25,253 nucleotides of DNA from Oligoflexus sp. (GTDB lineage Bacteria; Bdellovibrionota_B; Oligoflexia; Oligoflexales; Oligoflexaceae), in assembly GCA_041736305.1 (NCBI GenBank), contig JBGSTX010000346.1, positions 1 to 25,253 on the forward strand, written 5' to 3'. The notes below the pieces were generated by a model. The model was not told the DNA's origin and searched no databases. It saw only the letters and a list, made by a program, of their open reading frames with translations. Positions 1 to 8,352 of the stretch are shown here, piece after piece. Made by a program: the position numbers and the translations under genes. The stretch's first letter is position 1; each line of letters begins with the position of its first letter.

Positions 1-320
1 TGCTTAAGTCCTAAATTCCAAATTGTCGGCTGAAACACAAACCCTAAACCGATGACACTGATCTCCAGGTCAGGAGTCATCCCCGCTCGAAAATGTGAGG
101 CGGCATTTATCTGATAAGTGTTCTCTGGCATGAGCCTTGCGTTGAAAAAGTGTCCGGTATGGAGAGAACGGGGTGTAGGTGTGGCAACTTTGGTCTGGGT
201 GGAAGCTGACTTTTCTGCAGGGATAGGAGGACCTGCAGCCATGAGTTGAGCTTCCCATAGCACCAAGAGAAAGGCTTGGAAGTAAATGAAATGACGCGAG
301 CAGGTCGAGACCCTTTGCAT
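1..320 (-). CDS. Partial (runs off the window) exported hypothetical protein, possibly outer-membrane
   Basis: Not in the ORF track because there is no stop in the window. Manual translation from ATG 320 is open to the edge: MQRVSTCSRHFIYFQAFLLVLWEAQLMAAGPPIPAEKSASTQTKVATPTPRSLHTGHFFNARLMPENTYQINAASHFRAGMTPDLEISVIGLGFVFQPTIWNLGLK. GAGG lies 9 nt upstream. Signal-peptide-like N-terminus and Pro/Thr linker. Confidence 0.7.
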   Translation of the reverse strand, partial: MQRVSTCSRHFIYFQAFLLVLWEAQLMAAGPPIPAEKSASTQTKVATPTPRSLHTGHFFNARLMPENTYQINAASHFRAGMTPDLEISVIGLGFVFQPTIWNLGLK

Positions 321-487
321 GGAGTACAGCCTCAATGTCGTGTGTGCTTTAATTCATTGTAAAGCTTGCTAAGCGCAGTATCTAGAGTTAGTGGAAGCAT
401 ATATGGAGAATCTTCCTTACCACTTTTTATGGTTGACGAGATCAATAAGGCTCGGTACTTATATTATTCTTACGCTAGCGTAAGAAT

Positions 488-865
488 TTGTTCATGGTCG
501 AACATACAGTCGAGTCGCTACGAAAGAGATCAAAAATTATGAAAGCCGAAACCGTCAAGGTACCCATCGCTGCTTTTAGTCGGAAATATAATCTGTCCCC
601 GCGGGAACAGGATGTTCTGCAATTGATGATCGAACGCGTTGTCAATGCAGAAGATATTTCCAAGAAACTAGGAATTAGCCAAAATACCGTAAGAATTCAC
701 GTAAAGAACATCAACAGTAAGGTCGGTGCTAGGAGCAAGACCGAAATTTTGAGTGCGTTTATCGACTTTTTGGAGAAGCATTACGAAAAGATTTTGCATG
801 GCAATCAAAGTCCCGCTTCTTCTCCTACTACCCCTGTTCTTGCCAACGCACTTCCTCACTCCTGA
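488..865 (+). CDS. Stand-alone LuxR/GerE-type HTH transcriptional regulator (true start may be ATG 494 or 539)
   Basis: LSPREQDVLQLM...EDISKKLGISQNTVRIHVKNINSKVG matches the LuxR C-terminal HTH. There is no N-terminal sensor or receiver domain. Confidence 0.88.
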   Translation: MFMVEHTVESLRKRSKIMKAETVKVPIAAFSRKYNLSPREQDVLQLMIERVVNAEDISKKLGISQNTVRIHVKNINSKVGARSKTEILSAFIDFLEKHYEKILHGNQSPASSPTTPVLANALPHS

Positions 866-911
866 GTAGCTGATTTTCCCGATGCTCGTGCTCTAGCTCT
901 TGTTTAGTTTT

Positions 912-946
912 AAAAAAAGGTCCGGTCGCTTGTGAGCGATCGGACC
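912..946 (-). terminator. Rho-independent terminator for the minus-strand small ORF (may also serve luxR)
   Basis: 12-bp stem GGTCCGGTCGCT/AGCGATCGGACC (919-946, one non-Watson-Crick pair) with a 4-nt loop. A7 at 912-918 reads as U7 on the minus strand. Confidence 0.8.
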
Positions 947-972
947 AGGACGACTGATTTAGGAAGGTTTCT

Positions 973-1158
973 CTAATTTTTAATTGAGCACGCAGAAATT
1001 TGGGTGAGCTGTTTAAGAACAGGTGAGAATTTGAGGGCTTTGGCAGGTGTCGGCCGATATATCATTCTCGCCTCAGAAAGAGGCGTATGATCCAAGATCG
1101 AAGCTAGTCTAGAAGAGAGGGCTTTAAGGGGAACTTTTGGACTGCTTATGTTCTGCAT
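973..1158 (-). CDS. Small basic hypothetical protein, 61 aa
   Basis: Shine-Dalgarno AAAGGAGG (1168-1175) 9 nt before the ATG, its own terminator just downstream, and no overlap with other genes. Confidence 0.65.
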   Translation of the reverse strand: MQNISSPKVPLKALSSRLASILDHTPLSEARMIYRPTPAKALKFSPVLKQLTQISACSIKN

Positions 1159-1216
1159 TTTCAGGTTCCTCCTTTATGGTTTTCGGGTTTGGACTCATCC
1201 TTCGACCCGAGCCTCA

Positions 1217-1232
1217 CTTCTTAATTAAGAAG
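1217..1232. promoter_or_regulatory. Perfect 16-bp palindrome, candidate operator
   Basis: CTTCTTAATTAAGAAG is its own reverse complement and lies about 60 nt upstream of the 61-aa ORF start. Confidence 0.4.
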
Positions 1233-1509
1233 AGCGGCTTCGAAACTCATAAACTTCACTTTTTTATTATTTACTCAAGAGCCCGGGAGGTTACGGAGCA
1301 GTAATTTTCGATACTGCCACGCGCTAGTCGGTAGTTTTTGGAAATGGGGAGTTTTCCGCAGCCGCCGCGGGAATCTTCCTGAACCCAAGAAGTGACCGGG
1401 CGACGAGCGGAAAATAAGGCCGAAGAGGAATAGTCTAAGTATTCATTTATTTGAGGATAGGCTAAGGCCTCGCAATCATAGATATTTTGCTGACGTTTAC
1501 CAAAGACCT

Positions 1510-1536
1510 TAAGGTGGAGAGTCGTCTCTCCGATAA
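1510..1536 (+). promoter_or_regulatory. Sigma28/FliA-like promoter
   Basis: TAAG-N15-TCCGATAA versus consensus TAAA-N15-GCCGATAA, ending 34 nt upstream of the TTG start at 1571. Confidence 0.55.
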
Positions 1537-1570
1537 AAAGGGCATGAGACAGAAGACAAAGGAGTTTCCA

Positions 1571-2038
1571 TTGAATATCTTCAAAAGGCCGCGACTTTGG
1601 ACTTCACTAGCCGTGATCAGCACGCTTCTAAGCGGGTGTAGTGCGGGCCAAAAAGGTCCCGAAGTCCCTGAGCCAATTACAGAGTCTCTGGACGCTAAAG
1701 GTGAAGACATACCAACTAACGAAAATGCCCTCCCCTTGGCCTTTCAACAGAGCATTGCGGCCTGCGAAGGGGAACGTCGCTATTTCGATATCTCCACGGG
1801 TACTTGCACCAGCACGCAGCTAGCCACTTTCCCCTGCGAATTAGACAAACTCTTAGACCCGAGCAGCTTCCTCAATGAGGTTCTGCGCGACAAACTGAAG
1901 AAGTATATGACGGAGAATCTCGTCGGCTACACGCTCTTATCCTGCACCGAAACAGTGGAAACTTACGAGCTGCACTTCTATCAGGTAAATGCTGGCAAAG
2001 TTCGCACCTACAACGTCAAACTGCTCAAGCCCGGGTGA
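1571..2038 (+). CDS. Hypothetical lipoprotein
   Basis: AAGGAG 6 nt before TTG 1571 gives MNIFKRPRLWTSLAVISTLLSG-C (lipobox LSGC). Four more Cys in the mature part. The ORF track start at 1487 is probably too long. Confidence 0.8.
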   Translation: MNIFKRPRLWTSLAVISTLLSGCSAGQKGPEVPEPITESLDAKGEDIPTNENALPLAFQQSIAACEGERRYFDISTGTCTSTQLATFPCELDKLLDPSSFLNEVLRDKLKKYMTENLVGYTLLSCTETVETYELHFYQVNAGKVRTYNVKLLKPG

Positions 2039-2039
2039 A

Positions 2040-4112
2040 TCACGCCGATTTCTTGATGACTTTCGGAAAATCGCTCGTCAGCTCCAAATCCTTGGTATCC
2101 CCCGGCAAATAAATCAAAAACAACCCCTGCTCGCCAGGTTTCAGATTCTGGGCGAGCACGTATTCCTCGAGGGCGGACTTTGGAATAGCATCGATCGCCT
2201 TTGCTGTATCCACGGCGATTTCCTTGGCCCCATCCTTAAGAGCTAGCGGCTGCGAACTTTCGACCGACTGCTTGACCCGCTCCTCGAGCCGAAGAGCTTT
2301 TTGGGCCACACTTACGCTTGCATGCTTCGAAGCGTGATGAAGTGGGGTCAGTGCTTCTTTCAAGCGACCTTGGCGCGCGAGGGCTAAACCCAGATTGTAG
2401 AAAACTGTCCCCCTGAGCTCTTCATGATGCTCACCCAGAGCGTTCAAGGCTTTTTGGTAGGAAGCAATGCTTTCCTGGAACTTCCCTGTATTTGCATAGG
2501 CGACACCGAGATTGTTCATATGGGCAACAACACTTTTCGCCACATCTTCATCGACCATGTAGCGCTTGGCTTCCTCAGGTTTACCTAATGCCGCTGCATG
2601 GCGCGCGAAGGTTGAGTTCACGAGAGGATCGTCGCCAACTAAATTTTTAGCCGCGTTGATATACCCCATGGTTTCTTCCCCCTTGCCGAGAGCTGCACTG
2701 ATATCAGCGAGACTGCAGAGACGCTCGACGTTGCCAGGGACCATTTGATTAGCTTGATCGAAACACTTCTGAGCATCACTGAACTGGCCCAGTTTCAAGA
2801 GGACTTTTCCTAAAAGACCGATCTCTCGATGCGTCGGCAGCTTGATCTTGGAGGCTTCGATAATCAGGGTCCTAGCTTCGAGATACTGGCCAGCGTGATA
2901 AGCATAGGTCGCTTTCAAGGTGACTTTGCGCTGTCTTTCCACTTTCGGCATCGAATCGAACTGAGCCATCAGCTGCTGGGCGAAATCCATGTCGCCGCTC
3001 TGCAGGGCCTGAAGGATTTTCTGCTCGATATCATCACCTTCCACCGGATAGCGCCAGCGGGAGAAGAATTCTGACACTTCTTCCTTAAAGGCTTTTTTAG
3101 AGAGAGGCTTACTGAGCATATAAACCCCGCCAATCTCCTGGATCAGCTTGTGATCGTCGACTTCAACTTTCGCCGAGTAAATGATCACAGGTTTGCCACG
3201 TAGACTGCCGTGTTTTGCATGCTGGATAAAGCCGCCACCATCCATGCCCTGGAGCTTCCATTCTGTCACCAGCAGATCGACGTTGCTTTCCGTTTTAAAG
3301 TAGTTCGACGCTTCTTCGGGCTTATCGAAGGTTTTGACATCTTTTACGCCCATTTCCTTGAGACATTCGGCGACGAAATTCTGCTGCGAGCTATCGGAAT
3401 CGACGACGACAGCGATTGCAGCATTGATGCGGGCCTTATACTCCGCCATGTTATCTATACCGAGATACTTTTTGCTGAGTTCGCCCACTTGCCCTGCTGT
3501 ATCTGGGCTGTTAGCCAATAGCTGCTTCATGCCAAGCATAGCTTCGAGATTATTACCTCCTTTAAGCTGTGCTCGGATAACGCGAAGCTTTTGCTCAGGC
3601 GAAGAATCCGCCCATTTGTAGAGACCGAGTTCGAGACGTTCTATTTCATCAATTGAATTCTTTGCTGTTAGGTGGTCGCGCAGGTCGGTGGCTATAGCCT
3701 GGGGCAAAGACTGATTTGATTTGAGACGGCTGAGATAGCGATCGAGTTCGGCTTTGAAGGAGTTATACGTTATCGGTCGCAGGTGCGAGCAGCACATACC
3801 GAGGCCAAAAAGCGAAGGCATGAAGTCGGCTTCATCACCATTGAGCAGTACCGAGGTTTTGACCCCTCGGTAAGCTTCGAATTCCAAGGGCAGCCGCAGA
3901 AAGTGCATACCGCTCAATTTTTGGCCATGAAAGAGCGATGTGAAGATCCATTCGATTTTGTTGCTACCCAAGGTATTGAGCCCATCGAGCACCGAATCAG
4001 CCTGAAATATGTTCTTGTATCCGAGTTCCGAGAGCACTCTTTTTACTGTGCTAACAACGGCACTTACGGGATCTACCACGAGGATTCCAAGGTTTTTATC
4101 TAGCTGTCTCAA
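2040..4112 (-). CDS. Response-regulator-like protein with two atypical receiver domains and C-terminal TPR repeats
   Basis: REC1 ILVVDP...WIFTSL. REC2 VVVDSD...DLLVTEWKLQGMDG...LSKPLS. TPR motifs LLGKVLLKLGQFSDAQKCF, NNLGVAYANTGKFQESIASYQKAL and FYNLGLALARQGRLKEA. TTG start with GGAGG upstream. Confidence 0.85.
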   Translation of the reverse strand: MRQLDKNLGILVVDPVSAVVSTVKRVLSELGYKNIFQADSVLDGLNTLGSNKIEWIFTSLFHGQKLSGMHFLRLPLEFEAYRGVKTSVLLNGDEADFMPSLFGLGMCCSHLRPITYNSFKAELDRYLSRLKSNQSLPQAIATDLRDHLTAKNSIDEIERLELGLYKWADSSPEQKLRVIRAQLKGGNNLEAMLGMKQLLANSPDTAGQVGELSKKYLGIDNMAEYKARINAAIAVVVDSDSSQQNFVAECLKEMGVKDVKTFDKPEEASNYFKTESNVDLLVTEWKLQGMDGGGFIQHAKHGSLRGKPVIIYSAKVEVDDHKLIQEIGGVYMLSKPLSKKAFKEEVSEFFSRWRYPVEGDDIEQKILQALQSGDMDFAQQLMAQFDSMPKVERQRKVTLKATYAYHAGQYLEARTLIIEASKIKLPTHREIGLLGKVLLKLGQFSDAQKCFDQANQMVPGNVERLCSLADISAALGKGEETMGYINAAKNLVGDDPLVNSTFARHAAALGKPEEAKRYMVDEDVAKSVVAHMNNLGVAYANTGKFQESIASYQKALNALGEHHEELRGTVFYNLGLALARQGRLKEALTPLHHASKHASVSVAQKALRLEERVKQSVESSQPLALKDGAKEIAVDTAKAIDAIPKSALEEYVLAQNLKPGEQGLFLIYLPGDTKDLELTSDFPKVIKKSA

Positions 4113-4425
4113 AGTCCAGTCCTCCGCTCAACTCTAGACGAGTCGGCCGCTTTTGCTAATAGTCCCCCTATTTTAAATCAGGAAATGCCTCGGTAGAACG
4201 ACGATCTAAAAAATACTCTTTCGAAAGGCGAGCAAAATTATTTTTGAACAAAACTTTAGTACCATCGAATATACTTTTATTTCCAAATAGTTAGAGCTGT
4301 TTATAGAGAACGTTCCAAGATAGTTCTGAACGAGGTTTCTCAAGCGAGCTCAGGCATCCGAAAAAACCTGCAGTACCCTGAGGTGGCATCTGCACCTCCA
4401 AGCACAACACATAGAGGTTATAGTT

Positions 4426-6531
4426 ATGTTGCGTTTCACCAAAAGCTTAACGGCCCTTGCAGTTGGTCTCCAACTGCTGGGCTGTGGTGAAGAGACCAAC
4501 TTCACCAACGTGGACCGTTCGGTAGCATTGCCTACCAACAGTCAGGATTTGATAGCGGCTCCTCAGTATCTTTTGAACTTCAAAGCCGGTTCTCTCGAAA
4601 CAGCTGACATCACGATCGATACCGGGTTCAACCTGATTCAACAGAGCTTTGCGCTGCGTCAAGAGCCTAAGACTGAAGACATCCATCAGCAGAACGATCG
4701 CGTGATCCACGAGGACATCTTTATGCAAGGGCATAAAGGAATATCCAGCGAACAGACCTTCTCGATAGCTGAAGCCGGTATTTTCGATTTACTCATCGTT
4801 ATCGATGATTCGAGTTCAATGGTGCCGTATCAAAAGCGCATAGGAGCGCGCCTCCCAAGCCTCTTGAAGCACATCACCAACACCAACTGGAGAATCGCCG
4901 TCGTCACGACGAGCAGTCCCTGTCTCAATAAGACCACCGATGGGCGAACCTATCTAACTCGCGCTGATTTTGACAAAGATCCGACTGCCGCTGCCGCAGA
5001 TTTCATGGCGATGATCAACGTCGGCGAGTTTGGTCTGACAGTAGAAAGAGGTATTTTACGAGCTACTCAGGCCATGACGGCCAGCGGTTGCGCCAGTGAA
5101 AGCAACGTTTGGCTGCGTCCCGATTCCCAGCGCTCCGTCTTGCTCGTTACCGATGAGAAAAACTGCGGTAGCGCCAGCAACGAAGACTGCATCGGCGACC
5201 CGGATCACAGTGCCAACTACTTCTTCGATCGCGTCGGCACCAATGTGACCTTCAATGCTTTCCTTCTGCTGCAAGATCCGCCTGCTGCCAACGCCAGCGA
5301 TCCGAACGATCCTAACCATGACTGTGAGAACTCAGGAAGCTACTCGAACTTCTATCCTACGGCCTACATCACTATGGTTCAAGGAACCAACGGGCTTTAC
5401 GCCGATGTCTGTCGCTCCGACTACGACACGATTCTCGAACAGATTTCGCTCAATGTGAGCAAAAAGATCAACCTACAGTACGAGCTGGCTTTCCCTGCCG
5501 AGGCAGAGTTCACTAGCATAAAAATTGACGGCAAACCCGTCAGCCGATTCACAGCCTCTGGGAAAACCGTTTCCATCCTCGACCCCGTCAGCTCTAGCAA
5601 TTCGGTCATTACGATTAAGTACAAGCACTCGCCGGTTCCCATGAAGAAAGCTTTCGGTCCGAAGAGCCCAGTAGACTCTAAGACCTTTGAAGTCTTAGTT
5701 GATGGTAAAGCTTTGAACAAGGCCGACTATCAGTACAACCCGGCTAACGGTGAGCTAGAGCTCAAAAACTTGCCGCCCGAGCGGGCCGAAATTAAGATGC
5801 GCTATCGTCATGATTCGCCGCTCCTTACGTCCTTCGCATACGGGAAAGATGTCGTACCCGGTAGCCTAGAAGTTCTCGTGAATGGAGGGGCGGTCCAGAA
5901 CTACCGCATCGACGAAAGCCAAAAACGCGTGATCTTCACTGAAGCTCCACAAGATGGCCTTCCCGTTCGTTTACGCTACGAACGTCCCGGTGACCGCACG
6001 ACCCGCTATGAAGTGCAGGGTGCCTTTCCTGAGCAGATCGAGAACTTCAAGCTGCTCGACGCCGCCAGTGATGAGATTATCGAGGCTCGGATCGAAGCTG
6101 GACAGCTGGTACTTCCAGAAGCAATGGTGAGTGAGGGCCGCAAAGTCAAAGCACTCTACAACCTCAACTACGAATTTAAAGATCGCGTCTTTAGCGCGAA
6201 AATTGGCCAGACCCCCTATCCTGGCACCGTTAAGGTCGAAGCCAACGGTCAGGCCGAGCTCTGTACCAAGGACCTCGCGGTGAAAGCCGAAGAAATCAGT
6301 TTTTCTTGTCTCGATGAAGACTTTGAAAAAGTAAACCTCAGCTATCAGTATGCAAAGGACTACCGCAACTCATTTGACCTCGATCTCAGCTACTCAGGGC
6401 CCCGCTCTATAGCTGTTTATGTCAATGGTGTTGAAACGCAGGACTACCATCTGATCGACGATCAGGTCGTGATTCTCAAGAAATTTTTGCCACCGGGTTC
6501 AGACGTAAAAATTCTCGTGAAACCTCTTTAG
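4426..6531 (+). CDS. VWA (MIDAS) domain lipoprotein with six tandem beta-rich repeats, putative adhesin
   Basis: Lipobox LLG-C. DLLIVIDDSSSM is the DxSxS MIDAS motif, followed by RIAVVTT and LLVTDE strands. C-terminal ~55-aa repeats of the type EVLVDG...Y......PP....I..Y. GAGG RBS. Confidence 0.85.
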   Translation: MLRFTKSLTALAVGLQLLGCGEETNFTNVDRSVALPTNSQDLIAAPQYLLNFKAGSLETADITIDTGFNLIQQSFALRQEPKTEDIHQQNDRVIHEDIFMQGHKGISSEQTFSIAEAGIFDLLIVIDDSSSMVPYQKRIGARLPSLLKHITNTNWRIAVVTTSSPCLNKTTDGRTYLTRADFDKDPTAAAADFMAMINVGEFGLTVERGILRATQAMTASGCASESNVWLRPDSQRSVLLVTDEKNCGSASNEDCIGDPDHSANYFFDRVGTNVTFNAFLLLQDPPAANASDPNDPNHDCENSGSYSNFYPTAYITMVQGTNGLYADVCRSDYDTILEQISLNVSKKINLQYELAFPAEAEFTSIKIDGKPVSRFTASGKTVSILDPVSSSNSVITIKYKHSPVPMKKAFGPKSPVDSKTFEVLVDGKALNKADYQYNPANGELELKNLPPERAEIKMRYRHDSPLLTSFAYGKDVVPGSLEVLVNGGAVQNYRIDESQKRVIFTEAPQDGLPVRLRYERPGDRTTRYEVQGAFPEQIENFKLLDAASDEIIEARIEAGQLVLPEAMVSEGRKVKALYNLNYEFKDRVFSAKIGQTPYPGTVKVEANGQAELCTKDLAVKAEEISFSCLDEDFEKVNLSYQYAKDYRNSFDLDLSYSGPRSIAVYVNGVETQDYHLIDDQVVILKKFLPPGSDVKILVKPL

Positions 6532-6563
6532 AGTTTAGCCTATCTTTTTGTTGTGCTTTTACT

Positions 6564-6591
6564 AGCCTGCCCCTGCAAGGGGGTGGGCTTT
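6564..6591 (+). terminator. Probable terminator after the VWA lipoprotein
   Basis: GC-rich hairpin AGCCTGCCCCT-GCAA-GGGGGTGGGCT (with G-U pairs) followed by a short T run. Confidence 0.5.
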
Positions 6592-6705
6592 CCCTTTGGC
6601 ACTGGGAAAAAAAGGATGGCTGAATTGCGCTGAGTTTTGCTATCTAGAGATTTCCTGCAGAAGGCTTATTCGCTCTTTTTCGACGTACTAGAGGCAAGGA
6701 TCTAT

Positions 6706-7830
6706 ATGCGCGTTCCTTTCATCGATCTCAAGCGTAGTGTCGATCGCATTCGGGAAGATGTACTCCAGGACTGGACTTCATGCTTAGACAACTGCGAGTT
6801 TGTCGGCGGACCCGGCGTGCAAAAGCTCGAAAAGCTGCTCGTTCAGGAGCTGGGCTGTCGGCACGTCGTCACCTGCGCCAACGGTACAGACGCTTTGGTC
6901 GTCGGACTTCAGGCGCTCGGTATCAAAGCCGGCATGAAAGTAGCGGTTCCCAATATGACTTTCTGGGCGCCCTTTGAAGCCATCGTCCAGGTGGGAGCGA
7001 CTCCGGTGCTGGTCGACATTGATCCAGACGACTTGCAGATGAGCTTTACCGAGTTCGCGGCGGGACACCGCAAGTATCGATTTGATGCGGCCATCCTCGT
7101 GCATCTCTTCGGCTGGACTTCGGCCGTGCTCGCTGATTTCCGTAAGTATTGCAAGACAGAATCCATTGCCCTCCTCGAGGATGGCGCTCAGTCCTACGGT
7201 GTTAAAATCGAGGGTGAACCTGTCTACGCTAAGGCACAGATTTCGACCCTTTCCTTCTATCCTGCCAAGGTACTGGGGGCGGCTGGAGATGCCGGGGCGA
7301 TTATGTGCCCGGACCCCAAAGTCGCCGAAATCGTGCGCGCGCTCTGCAACCATGGACGCGCGGGCCACTACACCTATGACTACGTCGGCTGGAACTCGCG
7401 GATGAGCGGTGTGCAAGCCCACTTCCTACTCCGCATGCTCGGCCAGGTCGATGATCTCATCAGCTCGCGGCTGGCCGCTGAAGCTTTCTACTACGAGTAT
7501 TTTCGCCAGCAGGAAAAACACTGTCGCGTCTTCCGCGCTCCGAAGGGTGTGCAGGGCAACGGCTATCTGATCGTCATCGAAAGTCTCAAAATGAGCGGTG
7601 ACGAGCTGGCCGCCAAGCTACGCGATCTCAAGATCGGCTGCGCCCGTACCTATCCTCAGACGCTCTGCGAGCAGGGCCCGGCACAGGGGGCTCTCCGTAC
7701 CTCTGATCTTCGGCACAGTCAAAGATTCAGTCGAATGGTGATTAATCTGCCCCTCTTCGGGGGTATTACGCTTGACGAATGCCAAGTGGCAGCGGACAGT
7801 TTGCTCCAGGCTTTTCAAGGTGATGTCTAG
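6706..7830 (+). CDS. DegT/DnrJ/EryC1/StrS family PLP-dependent aminotransferase
   Basis: MRVPFIDL start (AAGGA before ATG 6706), CANGTDAL, GATPVLVDID, VHLFG, EDGAQSYG, SFYPAKVLG (PLP lysine) and GWNSRM. Confidence 0.93.
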   Translation: MRVPFIDLKRSVDRIREDVLQDWTSCLDNCEFVGGPGVQKLEKLLVQELGCRHVVTCANGTDALVVGLQALGIKAGMKVAVPNMTFWAPFEAIVQVGATPVLVDIDPDDLQMSFTEFAAGHRKYRFDAAILVHLFGWTSAVLADFRKYCKTESIALLEDGAQSYGVKIEGEPVYAKAQISTLSFYPAKVLGAAGDAGAIMCPDPKVAEIVRALCNHGRAGHYTYDYVGWNSRMSGVQAHFLLRMLGQVDDLISSRLAAEAFYYEYFRQQEKHCRVFRAPKGVQGNGYLIVIESLKMSGDELAAKLRDLKIGCARTYPQTLCEQGPAQGALRTSDLRHSQRFSRMVINLPLFGGITLDECQVAADSLLQAFQGDV

Positions 7831-7843
7831 TATAATTTGCTGA

Positions 7844-8302
7844 ATGGAGGGAATGGACATGAGTGAAAAAAGTTTCCGATGCGAAGTGCATGCCACACAA
7901 GAGCAGCTCTGGAAGTCGCTCATGGACGAGCTCGAGCATCCTGAACGCTTCAATAAGGGCATTCTGAGTTCGCGGATTCTCGAGCGCTTCAACAATGGAG
8001 TCCTGCGGGTAGTCTCGGTTCCCGACGCTGACGTCCGAGAGCGCATCACCTATGATGACGAGAGCGGAACTATCAGCAGTCAACTGGTGGGACACCCGGT
8101 CCTGGTGGGAGTCATTGAAAAGAAGATGAGCCCCACGGCCGGCCGGCCTGGGGTCTTCGTTCTTGAAAGTCATATCGAATGGGAAAGCATCAGCGACAAA
8201 GTCGATCAAATGATCCGAAGAAACGTCGAACGCTTCGTTACACAGAGTCTTGAAGCCGTAAAATCAGCAGCTGAAGAAGCCCCAAAGCGCAAGGCGCGTT
8301 GA
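7844..8302 (+). CDS. SRPBCC/START-fold protein, AtaL-like (DUF1857); start may be 7853 or 7859
   Basis: ATQEQLWKSL..E.EHPERF...I...RILER....VLR......VRERIT pattern and a C-terminal helix typical of the Bet v1-like fold. Confidence 0.7.
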   Translation: MEGMDMSEKSFRCEVHATQEQLWKSLMDELEHPERFNKGILSSRILERFNNGVLRVVSVPDADVRERITYDDESGTISSQLVGHPVLVGVIEKKMSPTAGRPGVFVLESHIEWESISDKVDQMIRRNVERFVTQSLEAVKSAAEEAPKRKAR

Positions 8303-8314
8303 AGAGCAAAGAGC

Positions 8315-8337
8315 AAAACCCCCGATCATTCCGGGGG
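8315..8337 (-). terminator. Terminator between convergent genes
   Basis: CCCCCG-N7-CGGGGG stem (8319-8337) with A4 at 8315-8318, which reads as U4 on the minus strand. Confidence 0.55.
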
Positions 8338-8352
8338 CCTTAGCCGAAACGT

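Noticed and set aside
70-258. 62-aa minus-strand ORF in the track
   Set aside because: Out-of-frame overlap with the longer open frame starting at 320, which has an RBS and a signal-like leader.
4340-4364. Sigma28-like promoter before the VWA gene
   Set aside because: TCAA to TCCGAAAA spacing is 13 nt rather than 15, and the -10 is imperfect.
6784-7422. 212-aa minus-strand ORF, and similar antisense ORFs such as 9678-10151, 13054-13602 and 24534-25022
   Set aside because: They lie opposite well-supported genes and lack protein-family motifs.
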